Assembly: GCA_051362555.1 (NCBI GenBank)
Contig: CM120640.1
Span: 23,980,225-24,044,224, forward strand
DNA length: 64,000 nucleotides
From: Lingula anatina
Taxonomy: Eukaryota > Animalia > Brachiopoda
Reading direction: 5' to 3'
Shown piece after piece: positions 40,405 through 52,269 of this stretch. Numbering within the stretch: position 1 is the stretch's first letter; each line of letters begins with the position of its first letter. A program made the position numbers and the translations under genes. Under the pieces are notes generated by a model that saw only the letters and a list, made by a program, of their open reading frames with translations, ran no database searches and was not told the origin of the DNA.

Positions 40405-42147
40405 TCATGCATTTTTTTTCTTTCTGAATTTCTTGGCTCCCGCCTCAAAGTCATCTTTGGTCAGTCTGTATCCCCAATGCTGTAAGGTCTGCCTCACTAC
40501 AGGTGACACAGCAAAATTATCATAGCTACAACCAGTGTTAACACATTTGGATATAAGGTTCCCCTTCCATCGTCCAGTCTGACCAGCACACCTCAACCAG
40601 CGTCCAATCTGCCGGGCATCATCTACAGTCCGCCTCCCTTGGTAAAACCTAAAATTGTTGTGCAAACACTGTTAAACACTAAACAAGTTTTGACTATTCT
40701 GACTGTCAATTATTTGCAATGATAATAGATATTGAAAATAAGAGTACATATTTACATCATTTCTTTTTGTTACTGATGGGTGTGACACATTTATTAAATC
40801 ATTTCTCCAAACATTTTATTGTAAATCACATTGTGATCATGATCACACTGACAACAAGACATTTTACCTGCAGTACCATTGGAACCAACCATATGGATCT
40901 TGTTTATGCATCCATCCACTACTCTCCCACATCTCAAGACTTCCACCACATTTCACTTTATAGGTGTTCACTTTCTCACTGTAAGTTGGAGAAGACACCT
41001 GCAAATCATTTAGTTAAACAAAAAAAAATTAATTGTCATAGGCATTAAGTAAGCATAGGCATTTTGTGGGACAATATAAAGATGAAATAACTGAAAAGAT
41101 GCTATATCTATCTGGGCACTTATTAAAGAATACTGATAATGTTGCATGATGGTAAACTTACTCAAAAAACAGCAATGGCACTGTTCTAGACACAGACAAA
41201 ACTACACCTACCTGCTTTCCGATATTGAGTCCTGCAAGCCAGTCTGATGGAAGTTCTTTCCAAACTCCTGAGTAACTTTTACCTACATTTAAATAAACTC
41301 AATTTATAGCCATGTTAACTGTGAAATGAAATGATTCTATTTACAGCTTAGGGTTATGGTAGCAATTTTTTTGGTGTTAGACAAATAACAACCTTTCAAC
41401 CAAATTTGTGAAATATAAATATTTTAAGCAAAAGTAAATAATTTACAAAACTCCTCAATAATCATCAATACTTCAGCTAGACTTTTGAAGACACTTGTTA
41501 CTGTGTTATACTTTGTAGCTACATGTACCTTTGACAATTATACAATTATTGCTTTTCTGTCTTTAATCACTATACTCACCTGTTACAGATGACTTGATAG
41601 GTCTGAAATATGTCCCTCCAAAGCTCCCAGCTTGAAGAACTTCTTTTGGTGTCATGTTTGGTTGAAATTCAGGCCAATCTTCAAACACAAGCACATCTTT
41701 TTTGTTTCTTGTAGGCAATGGGGCTGTGAAGCTTATTTCTCCAACAGTCTAGATAAATGAAAATAAAAACTTCATTCCTGTTTCTTTAAAGTATCACAAC
41801 AGAGTGAAATACATATTATGTCATTTCAACAGCTTAATATACTTCCATTGATTTTTGTAAATGTTCTTTATTGAAATGTGACAAAACGCAAGAAAGAGAA
41901 GGAGTTCAAGTTTATAGTAAAAGAGTACCAGTATATACTAGTATAACAAAGAGATAAATGAACTTACCTCCTGGTTGGTTTTAGGGTCTAATTCTTTTGG
42001 ATAAGGTCCTTTGTTCTTAGTTATTCCTGTGCTCCTACTTGCACCCTTGCTCACACTGGTGGTATCTGAGATTTTCCGTTTCTTTGCCTTTGTCTCACTG
42101 CTTGGTGGAGCTCTGGGCTTTTCTGAGAGTTTCCTCTTTTGTGGCAT
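40405..42147 (-). CDS. Conserved uncharacterised Trp-rich protein, 264 aa, 5 coding exons
   Basis: Exons 42147-41968, 41748-41580, 41282-41212, 40998-40868, 40648-40405; all GT-AG and in frame (795 nt). Core FQPNMTPKEVLQAGSFGGTYFRPI...NTYKVKCGGSLEMWESSGWMHKQDPYGWFQWYCRFYQGRRTVDDARQIGRW...SPVVRQTLQHWGY. Probable non-coding first exon ending at 42515 (AG|GTGAGT). Confidence 0.9.
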
Positions 42148-42514
42148 ATTGCAGATCTGAGTGACGAAAGGGGAACTGTATTTAAATTCTGCAAACATTA
42201 TAAAAATAGCAATGAATTTCACAAAGTAAAATCAATTTGAAATGAGTAGGTAAAAATCTGCTTAGTTTTAAAATTGAATGCAAGCATTGGTACCCAACTA
42301 AGCGAAGCCTTTGAAATAAATATTCCTCCACAAACTTCTTCAGTGGGTCACATTTGGGTAGGTTTCATATAATTAAACTGATCTGGACTTTTACTTACAT
42401 ATTATTTATAAATATTATCACAGTCTACACGAGTGTATCTACTGGGCCTACTGCTACAGTTGGTACGTGTATCGTTTACAATGTTCCACAAAATTTCAAA
42501 GTAGTACAACTCAC

Positions 42515-43135
42515 CTTTGATACAAGACACCGAAATCTTCCTAGTTGCTAAACTTGCACTACCGTTGCTCTTATTAAGGTTAGAGTGTGTACATTTGGTG
42601 CTAGCATTTATCTCATAAACTTCTTAGTTTACATAACAGCAGTGAAAATAATGGGAGGTGAAGGTCATTTGAAGTTGCTCCTAAGAATCTCCCTGGTAAA
42701 AACGATAAAAAGATATGCCGAACTAGAAAACGATGCTTTTTTAACAAAATAAGGCCAACTATACAGACGGTAGTAGTATCAGACCAAATGCTGAGATCTA
42801 TATAAGTTAAAACAACATGAACTTGTGTGTGTAAGTTGATTCAAATACTCCCGCAAATGTTTTGCACAGGCTCCCTATGGAGGCTGCCATATTTGAGCTT
42901 CGAAATGAAAATGGATAGATTTATCACTATACATATTTTGTAAATTGAATCTATACTTATTCAGAGCACAGACTTTCATAACAAGGGTATATTATTACTG
43001 TAATCTTGAATAAAATTATCCAAATATCCCAATATTTAAAAAATAACTTCACAAAGGCATCTAACCATCCTGCTTTCGCACCACATTGATATTGATCTCG
43101 CGAGAGCTTTCAATGCTGACGTTGTTTTTAGCAAA
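42515..43135. promoter_or_regulatory. Bidirectional promoter region uncharacterised gene/SEC63
   Basis: Divergent first exons ~600 bp apart; perfect TCTCGCGAGA palindrome at 43096-43105 and TGACGT at ~43117, just upstream of the SEC63 ATG. Confidence 0.65.
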
Positions 43136-46100
43136 ATGGCTGGCATGAAGTTTGAGTACGACGAGAAAGGAGGAACTTTTTATTATTTCCTCCTTTCATT
43201 CTGCGCTTTGATTGTGATACCAGCCACCTATTATTTATGGCCTAGAAAGACAAAGAAAGGTAACGTTCAGACAATAGTAATTTTGACAGATGTATAATTA
43301 GTAAAGTATTGAAGGGTAAGCAGTCAGCGTGCTTTGCTTGTCCATATGTGTACTATCTGTAAGTGTTACTGGTAGAAGTAACGCTTTACTTGTGGCCTTT
43401 AATATTTTGTGAAGTTTTAAACAGTTGTATCTTCACATATTTAGATCAACAAAAATACTCGTTAACAATCGGACTCGAAGGCATATCAATTCCCCTTCAT
43501 TTTTGATCGTGAACGTTTTGACATTAAAATTTATTAATACAAAGTTATAACATGTTACATAGACCTTTGCACCAATGTCACAAATCGAAACTACCAGAAA
43601 GTTCAGAAGCAGACACTGGAATGTACAGCACCAATCCTTTTGTTGCAGTAGTTTGGCATGAGGATGCTGTCAGGGATAAGGTTTTTCTGATTATTGGCAG
43701 GTTTCTGACTTTTTGGGAGCTAAATATATATCAAGCAGCCCCCTTGACTCCACACTGTACTTTCTGACTTCACTATATGGAAGTGTCATCCCTGGGTTGT
43801 ATATTATCATTAAAGCTTTTTTTCCACCTCTGTATTTTTGTATGGCACAAAATTAATGTGTTAGCGCTTCTCTTGACAATTTTTGTTAAGTATACCTCAA
43901 AAAGTGTAAATTGATGACCAGTTTACACATCCACCGTGATAGGGAGGGAATATGCCATTGAGTCTGATTATTAATGGAGGATCTTCTGTTATACTTTATA
44001 ATGTCAAATATCATCTAAAATGTCCTACTATGTCACCAAGGATAGTATGTTATTTTTAATCACCTGAGCTTATCTTTAGTAATGAACAGTGTAACATATT
44101 CGTGTTCCTGTTATTATCTATTAGAATCTTTGAATAAATTATCACTATATGAAATGGACATCAACTGAGATAGATAATATGATGATGGCAGTTAGTGAGG
44201 TCATACAAGACTAGTGTGAGAGTCTGCCTAAAGCAGGGGTTAAAATGTATGTACTGACAATGTCATCTTAGGGCTCATTCCCAATGAAACTATCAATCTT
44301 CATAGATCGATCCAACTTCGCAGGGACACTTTTTTGTTTCCACTTGTATTCGTATAATCACCAGCTTTTCTGTGTTCTACTCGGTGACAAATACTGTTTA
44401 GATTAATGAGACTCCTGGACGATTTCGAATGATACCCATTTGGAAATATCTGTATTCATTCACCTTTGGAGTAAATGTATTAAGTTAATGATTTTTTTGT
44501 GAAGGATTTAATGATTTTTGACAGTTGTTTTAAATTGTACTGTTTAAATTCATCATAAAGCAGTTATGCACACTTATAATTTTCAATAATTTGCACTTTT
44601 ATTTAGATGATGAAAAATCCAAAAGGCAATGTTATTGTGAGCCGTGTTTGTTAAAAAGGACCCATGTAAACAGCAAAGATTCCTATAGCAACTTGAAAAA
44701 AAGAGCCACGTGAGTATTCAACTTTTAAGGATTGTTATGTGTAATTTTGAAAGTCAATTTTATCCTATTTGTCTAGATGTTTTATATGGTTGGCTGAAGT
44801 TTAATATATTTTACATCAAAATCCAATCTATATATATTTACCTCAAAATCCAATCGTATCATGATGATTTATGTTCCTAGTGGCTGTAGTAATGTTTAAA
44901 CCTATTACAATAAGTTTTCATCTCTTTATGTTTCAATTCTTATTTGTTTTAGCCAAGTGGTGCTGATTATTGGATGGGTGATACTGATTTTTCTAGCATA
45001 CAAAGTTTCAACTCTTGAATTGGATCATGTTGAGTATGATCCATTTGTTGAGTTAGAAATTGACAGGGTAAGTTTTGAACTTGCAAAAGATAATTCAGTA
45101 TAAGAGTTTGTAACAATTTTGCATTGTGAGTCTTTCTGCATCCCTCTATCATGCACACCTTTGAGCTCATATATTCAGACTGAATCACAAGTTCATTTCA
45201 TAAACAAAGTTTTGTTTTGTATTTTAGGAAGCTAGTCAAGGTGAAATTAAAAAAGCATACCGTAAACTTAGTTTAAAGTATCATCCTGACAAGGAAGGAG
45301 GGGACCCTCACAAATTCATGAGGATTGCAAAAGCTTATGCAGCGTAAGGGAAAATTTGCATTTTGTCCAAATTACATTTTCATGGTACTTTGCCTTTAAG
45401 AGTTTGTTTGTGTGAATTATTCATCGATATAAAAAACCTACTTATTTTGAACACTAAATCCTTTGTCCTAACCAAAAAGGCAACTTAAGAGGATGTGGAT
45501 GGAGTAATAATTTGTTTCCTTATTTGCAATTTTTTTTGAAACAGTCTAACAGATGAAGAATCCAGAAACAATTGGATGTTGCATGGCAATCCTGATGGAC
45601 CTGGAGGTAGGCACAGTTGGTTTTTAAGTGGAGTCATTGAATATCAATGAGCACTATTACATAAATTTGTAAGACTTGTTTGAATTACAGTGCACATTAT
45701 TTTCTAAAGTAAAGGACTTTAAACTCACAAAAAAGATAGTAATGACAATGAACATGTTGCAAATGTTGCATTAATTTTTTTGTAGTATTTACAAACTTTG
45801 TACATTTTATATACATTAGTATTAATCCATTCTTCTTATTACACAAGTGTACGCATGTAGAATTCAAAGATGCAATTTATAAAAGAAATTGATTCAAATT
45901 TCAGCCACTCAGTTTGGTATAGCTTTACCGAAGTGGATTGTAGAGAAAGAGAATTCCATATGGGTAAGCATTGATCACTTTGCAAATTTCAAAAAGTGGA
46001 GGAGGGTGGATTACATTGTGCGCAGATATGATAAGAATTTCTATTAAATCTAAGTAATGGCTGGATTTATTCCATTATTTTTACATTAATAGACTATTAT

Positions 46101-49100
46101 TGTTTAGATTAATTGCAATAATTTATTGTAATTTTCAGGTTTTGGCCCTTTATGGATTGGCATTTATTATAATCCTACCTATAGTTGTGGTAAGTGGTGT
46201 ATAGTGTAACATTTTCAGATGAGACAAGAAAACAAATTAACATTTTAAGAAGACTTCCTCATTTATTTTCTTAACTAAATTTAATTACTTAAAGTGTCCG
46301 GTAAGATCTCCCACTGTCCATTTCCTTTCACTGTAGATATTTCCTCATCTTTCTACCCCTTCTATAGGGAAACTTTTGTCACCAGTACAGTCATGTGTAT
46401 GTTGTGGTTTCTTCCAGGGCACATGGTGGTACAAATCTATCAAGTTCAGTGCAGACCAGATTCTGCTGGATACGACACAACTTTACTTGTTCTTCTTCCA
46501 CAAGACTCCAAACATGATCATTAGGAGTGAGTTTTTAGTTGCATTTTTATATAATAAAAAAATTTAATGATTTTTGTGTTGAAATGCTTTGTCAGCAGAA
46601 TTTTACTATTTCTAAATGTTTAAAACTTTAGAAATTTATCTTATAGGATCAGTTTTAAAATCCATGTACCTGCCTTCATTCTTATCAGCTTACACCCTCG
46701 CCCAAGTCCAAGTTTTTTTATATGCCATTGGATTTGCCAATGTTTGTTTACAAATGAATTGCATTCCTTAATTTGAATACATTCCCAGTTCATAATTAGA
46801 CTGATTGCCCCACACAATTACAGTTTGCAATAGTTCTTTGGTGATTCCTCTTAATATATATTTTATAAATGATTGTTGCTTTCCTTTTCAGGGGTAATTA
46901 TGATATTAGCTGGTTCCTTTGAGTTTGAAAAAAGTCACAACAATGAGATAGTGGAAAGACCCAGTGACAATGAAGAGCTGCCTCCTGTAAGTAATGTAAC
47001 AGACATCCAGGTTGTCAAGTGAATGATCATTTGTATCAGTTTTGAATTCCAAGTAATTAAATGTTGTATTTTTTATGTCATAGTGTCTTGTTGTGATTCT
47101 CTTTTATTTTTTTTTCTCTGTAGCTTATGAAGTATCTCCCTAACCTCCAAGAAAAGAACAAGGAGAAGCCACTGTGTTTCCCGTACAGTGTCAAAGCCAG
47201 GATATTACTGCATGCACATTTTTCCAGATTGGAACTTCCACGTAACACCTTGGAATTAGGTAAGGTGATAAGAATATTGTGAATCAACTTATCTTAAGTA
47301 AATTCCTTTGCATTTAAATGTAGTGCAATGGACTGAATTTCTGTATTTTATCATGGAAATAAATGTTGGGAGATGTTTTTGAATTTGAATTTAATTTCAC
47401 TTTTGATGCTTCATACAATAAAATACTGATGTCTGTGTTTTTTCAGATAAAAATTATATATTGAAGAAGTGCCCATATTTAGTTAATGAAATGGTGAACA
47501 CAGTAGCCCAGCTGGTAGCCCTGGCTTATGCAGGGAGAGGTAAGAGATTGAACATTACCTCAATAAATAACTTATATGCCATTCATGTTTTAAGATGTAG
47601 AAGGCCAGGTATTGGAGCTGTGGCATTCATGGTTTAAACCATCGATGGTTGACGGATGTTATTGGAGTAGCTGCTGTCACATTAGAGATTTTCATGTCTG
47701 TCAAAAAATAGTGTTGTTGAAGTGTTTTAAAGTGACACATTTAGGAATTTTAATGCATGTCAATCACTGGAGTACTTTTAAATCAATACAGGAAAGTGCT
47801 TTGTGCCAGTAATTTCAACACCGCTATATAGAACATAAAAATGTTGATAACAACCAGTGTTTGTAATGCTTGCACAAATCATAATTGTGTGGCATTACAT
47901 GATATCTTAGAAAGTGTCCACATTTGATTTTGGTAACATTTTATTTTCATTTCTAGCTCAACACCTACCCAGGCTGGAGACAGTGGAGAATGTGATGAAG
48001 GTCAGCCAGATGCTAGTCCAGGCTCTGTGGGAGACGAAGAGTCCTCTCCTGCAGCTGCCACATATTAGTGAAGATATGCTAAAACATTTTGTCACACGTA
48101 AGGTGAGTATAAGGGCTCATGGTTACTAAATTACACCTGTCTTACACATTGTGACAGAACACTAAAAATATAATGATATTTATTTTTTGTTTTGGTGTAT
48201 AGCTAAGGTTCAAGATAAAGTCAAGTTCATACTGTGATTTTGTGGTTCTGGTCCTTTGCATATTGCATATTTAATTAAGTCTAAAATAAGTGTAGGATTT
48301 GGGCTACAATTAAAATCGTAACAATAAATTCATGAACAAAAAAATCAAAACAAGATGTATTTTCATTTCAGAGAAACATTAGATCTATAAAACAGTTTGC
48401 AAGCATGAATGAAGAAGACAGGCGCTTACTTCTGCGCACTTTGTCAGACAGTGAATACAGAGATGTTATGAACGTCTGCGCCCAAATGCCACATATTGAC
48501 TTAACAATTAAATCTGAAGTTATTGATGAAGAAGACTCCTCCATCACAGCAGGGTCTATAGTAACAGCTACTGTAACTCTTGTAAGAAAGAACATAGAGG
48601 AAATGTTCAATATTGATGGGGGTGAAGAGGAAGAGGACGGGGAGGAAAAAGAAGAAGGTCAAGAAAATGATAATGAGGAAGAAGAGGATCAAGAAGATGA
48701 AGAAAACAAAGAAGCAAATGAGGTCAGTCCTGCTGAAATTTCATATTTTCTTTAATTAAGCTTTCAAAGTTATTTTGAATTTGATTTAAGAAAAAGTTTT
48801 TTGTTGCATGTGAAAAGCATTTGCAAAGTGGTGAGTTTTGTTTTTATTGATATACTAGGTGACAGATTCACCAAAAAGGAAAACTAAACCTTGGGAAAAG
48901 CAACAGAAAAAGAAGAAGGGTAAAGGTGGGGGTAAAAACAAGAAGAAAGCTCCTAAACAACCATACAAAAGACCAGTTGCTACCAATGGAAATGCTCCAG
49001 GACAAGGAGATCAAAACACAGGTGTATCTAGTGAAGTGAGTAGACTTTGTTCAACTTGTATGCCATGTGTACAGGCAGACCAAAGTCTCAAGCCAATAAT

Positions 49101-50626
49101 TCTGGGATTTATGTTTTAAGTAGCATTTTGCTGCATTGGATGCAGTTGCTTTTTGTTCTTTCTTTCTTTCCTAATTCAATATTATAATTTGTTTGTAAGT
49201 GTGACCATTTAATCTTTCTAAGGTGGGGTAAGAGTGAATATGCAACATGCTCTCATACGTTATTACTTGTTAACTAGGGTGTTGAAGATGTACCCAAGAA
49301 ACCCAAGAAGGAGAAGAACAGCGATAGAGAGGATGGGTCAGAGAGTGAAAATGAAAGTGATAGTGATGTCAGCGGAGGAGAAAATGAAAAAGATGAGAAT
49401 GAGGACAGTCACAAAGAGGGAGGAGAGGACGATGATGAGGACCCAGAATGGATGAAGAAGTTCCAGAAACAAGCCAAGAAGGAAAACTCCCTGGAAACCA
49501 AATCAAAAATCTCGCATTCTGTTCATTGTCCATATTTCCCATTGGTAAGGAGTATGATGTAATGGTAAACATATTTTGCCACATTGTATGTTGATGTTGC
49601 ATTTTTAAAAATTTATCACATGCTGTATTTATTAGTCTTTACAGTTTTTCTTTTCACACCTTACCCCTTTACCTTTCTTAGTTTCTCTTTTCATTATGCC
49701 AAAATTACTTAAAAATAGGTTTTGTTTATTTAATTTAGATTGATAAGCATGTTCTCAAAATTTTTTAAGATGTATGGTATGTATTTCTATTCTTTCCAGG
49801 ACAAACAAGAGTACTGGTGGCTGTATGTGGCAGACAGGAAGAACCACCAGCTGATCACAGCTCCTGTCCTGGTGACAAGTCTAAGAGATACAGAAGAGGT
49901 AGATTGTGAACTCTCTCTGAACCAACCCTCTGAATTTGCACTGTTCACATTTGAAAGAAAGTAGTTTGTTATGGCCATGATTTATGAGTATTATATAAAT
50001 TTAAGAAACAAAAAGATCTGAATTTACAGGAGTTGCATGTTAAGCTGTAAAGCTGACCATTTTACCATATCCTGCAAAAGATTGCTGCCTAACTTACAGC
50101 TTTATATTTTGCAATTAACCATTTTCACTTATTCTTTATTTCCCCCTAGCTCCAAATCACCTTCAAAGCTCCGGACAAGCCTGGCATTTATCAGTTCTCA
50201 GTGAACTTGAGATCAGACTCCTACATGGACTTTGACATTACCCAGAACATTAAGGTTGATATATTTTACTTAATCATTATTTTAGGGGTTTTTTCCTATA
50301 CTTTTGTATAAATGGGCAGTAAATCTGCTGTTTGATATTTGTATGAACCACAGGACCAGGTTCAACATTTAGACATAGAGACATTTGATTTGAATCTAAA
50401 GTTATCTTTGTGTTTATTCTTATTAGGAGTGACTGATAAATCCCATAAAGACACAAGGATTATGTTTTTTTACAATCTATTCTAGCTTGATGTAAAGGAG
50501 GCCAAGAAGATTGAGAATCATCCTCAGTGGGATATTTCTGATGAGGAAGATGAGAACAAGGATGATGAAGATGAGGATGTCACCGACTCCGAGGCTTCCT
50601 CTGAAGAGGATTCCGATGAGGAATAA
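43136..50626 (+). CDS. SEC63: SEC63 translocon J-domain subunit, 18 coding exons
   Basis: [22 protein letters not shown] start; J domain with YHPDK (exon 45228-45343); [52 protein letters not shown] motifs; acidic C-terminus ending TAA at 50626. Exon starts ~43136, 44607, 44953, 45228, 45545, 45905, 46139, 46418, 46892, 47123, 47447, 47956, 48372, 48859, 49278, 49800, 50150, 50486. Confidence 0.97.
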
Positions 50627-52269
50627 ATGGCTGATCCTCAGCATTTAAAAAAAAATGAGAAATTTTATAGATTAAATTGTTGCTCAGACAAGAATTTTTT
50701 TCTCATTGGTACAAGTATGATGAGAAAGCAGGGTGATAAAAGGAAGAGTCTGAAATGTTTGTGTATGGAACCAGTAACATTTTCTTGATGAAATGGTTGA
50801 AAGTCATACATAAGAATGAAGAAGTTGATAATGCTTTCATAGAACCGAAGGCAAAATTAATCTCGAAATAGAGGATCAAAGCATGTTTTCACTTGTAGTG
50901 GTGAGCAAGTTTTGTTTGCTTCTGACCCATGTGGGCCAGCATAAAATTCTTTGTAAAACATATTTTGATTTAGAAAAGAAAAGTTGGAGATTATATTGCA
51001 AGCTTGAACATTGTTTTTCTTTACAACAAAATTTGAATTGCCACAAGCTTGCATTATTCTGTAATATATTGTAATGAAATCTTATGTCTCACATAGTTTT
51101 GAGGCAACATTGGACAGATGATTTGTCAACAACAGATCAGTATCAGTTACTTATTGTACATATTAACGGTAACATTAATCATTCATAACATAGCAGCTGT
51201 AATTTTAATAGTTTATTCAAAGGGAACTGCGTCAAACTTTATGTAATGTTTTAAAAAGGATGGGCTGCAATGATAATTATTAACTTAATAAACTTGTTCA
51301 TCATATTCAAGCTACCTAGATATACAAAATTGATTTCATTTGAATTATGATATAATTTGTTTAAAGAATCTCCTTTTGCTTAAGTCACTTCAGACATCGA
51401 GATATCATATATTTGCCCATCCATTCCACATAGAAAATATGGATTTAAATGTTATTTACACAGGTCAGCATCGGGTTTATTTTGATATAAAAAACAGTGT
51501 TATCCTAGAAGTGGTGCACAATAATGAAGGTGCATTCTTGTAACATTTTCACATTTTAGTTGCCCATCAAGTGGCCATCACATGGCCAAAGTATATTTTA
51601 AGAAGAAACTTGACCATTAGTTAGAAGAACCTTGATCATTAGTCGGTATAATTAACAGATAAAAATGGGTCAGTGCTTGATATTACTAGTGAAAGGTATG
51701 ACATATTGTTTCTTGGTAGATGGTAATCTATTTATTCAGTGCATTGTATTCCTGTCAATGCCGAAGACAGTTCAAATGCAAATAAATTGTATTATTTTTG
51801 GCAAAGCTACTTGATACTGGTATTTGAGTTGCTTTATTGTCTTAGGGATATTTATAGGTATATCATTCTTTAAAATCTACCCGATTTTCATGGGGTCGCC
51901 TGTCCAAAATGGAAATTTATCAGTTTCTTTCCACCAACAGATCATGCGCAAACATAAGACATTTTTCTGTATTCTACCTTTAAATATTTGTGATTAGAAT
52001 AGACATTCTTGTTATTGATATTGTGCAGGCTACGATTCAGAACTAAAAATGACTTTTTGCAAAAAAAAAAGTAAATAAAAGCACTGAGCTACCTTCAGAT
52101 CAGGGGCAGAAATTCAGTACCTTATATCTAAACCTGCTCCTCTAACCAGATGAGACTAGGCTTTATTGCCCAAGTTTCAATACGTCCTCAATATTCAAAA
52201 TTTTCAAAAATTTGCATGTCAATATATCAGCAAGTTTAACAATCCACTCAAGGCACAATCACAGGACAC

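Noticed and set aside
42577-43066. Possible decayed Kolobok-like element in the SEC63 promoter (TTAA|GGTTAGA...TCTAACC)
   Set aside because: Only a 7-bp inverted match and no right-hand TTAA; too weak to call.
118-50626. U12-type or non-canonical introns in MDN1, IST1, SEC63 and the uncharacterised gene
   Set aside because: All junctions I traced are GT-AG, with no GTATCCT/ATATCCT donors.
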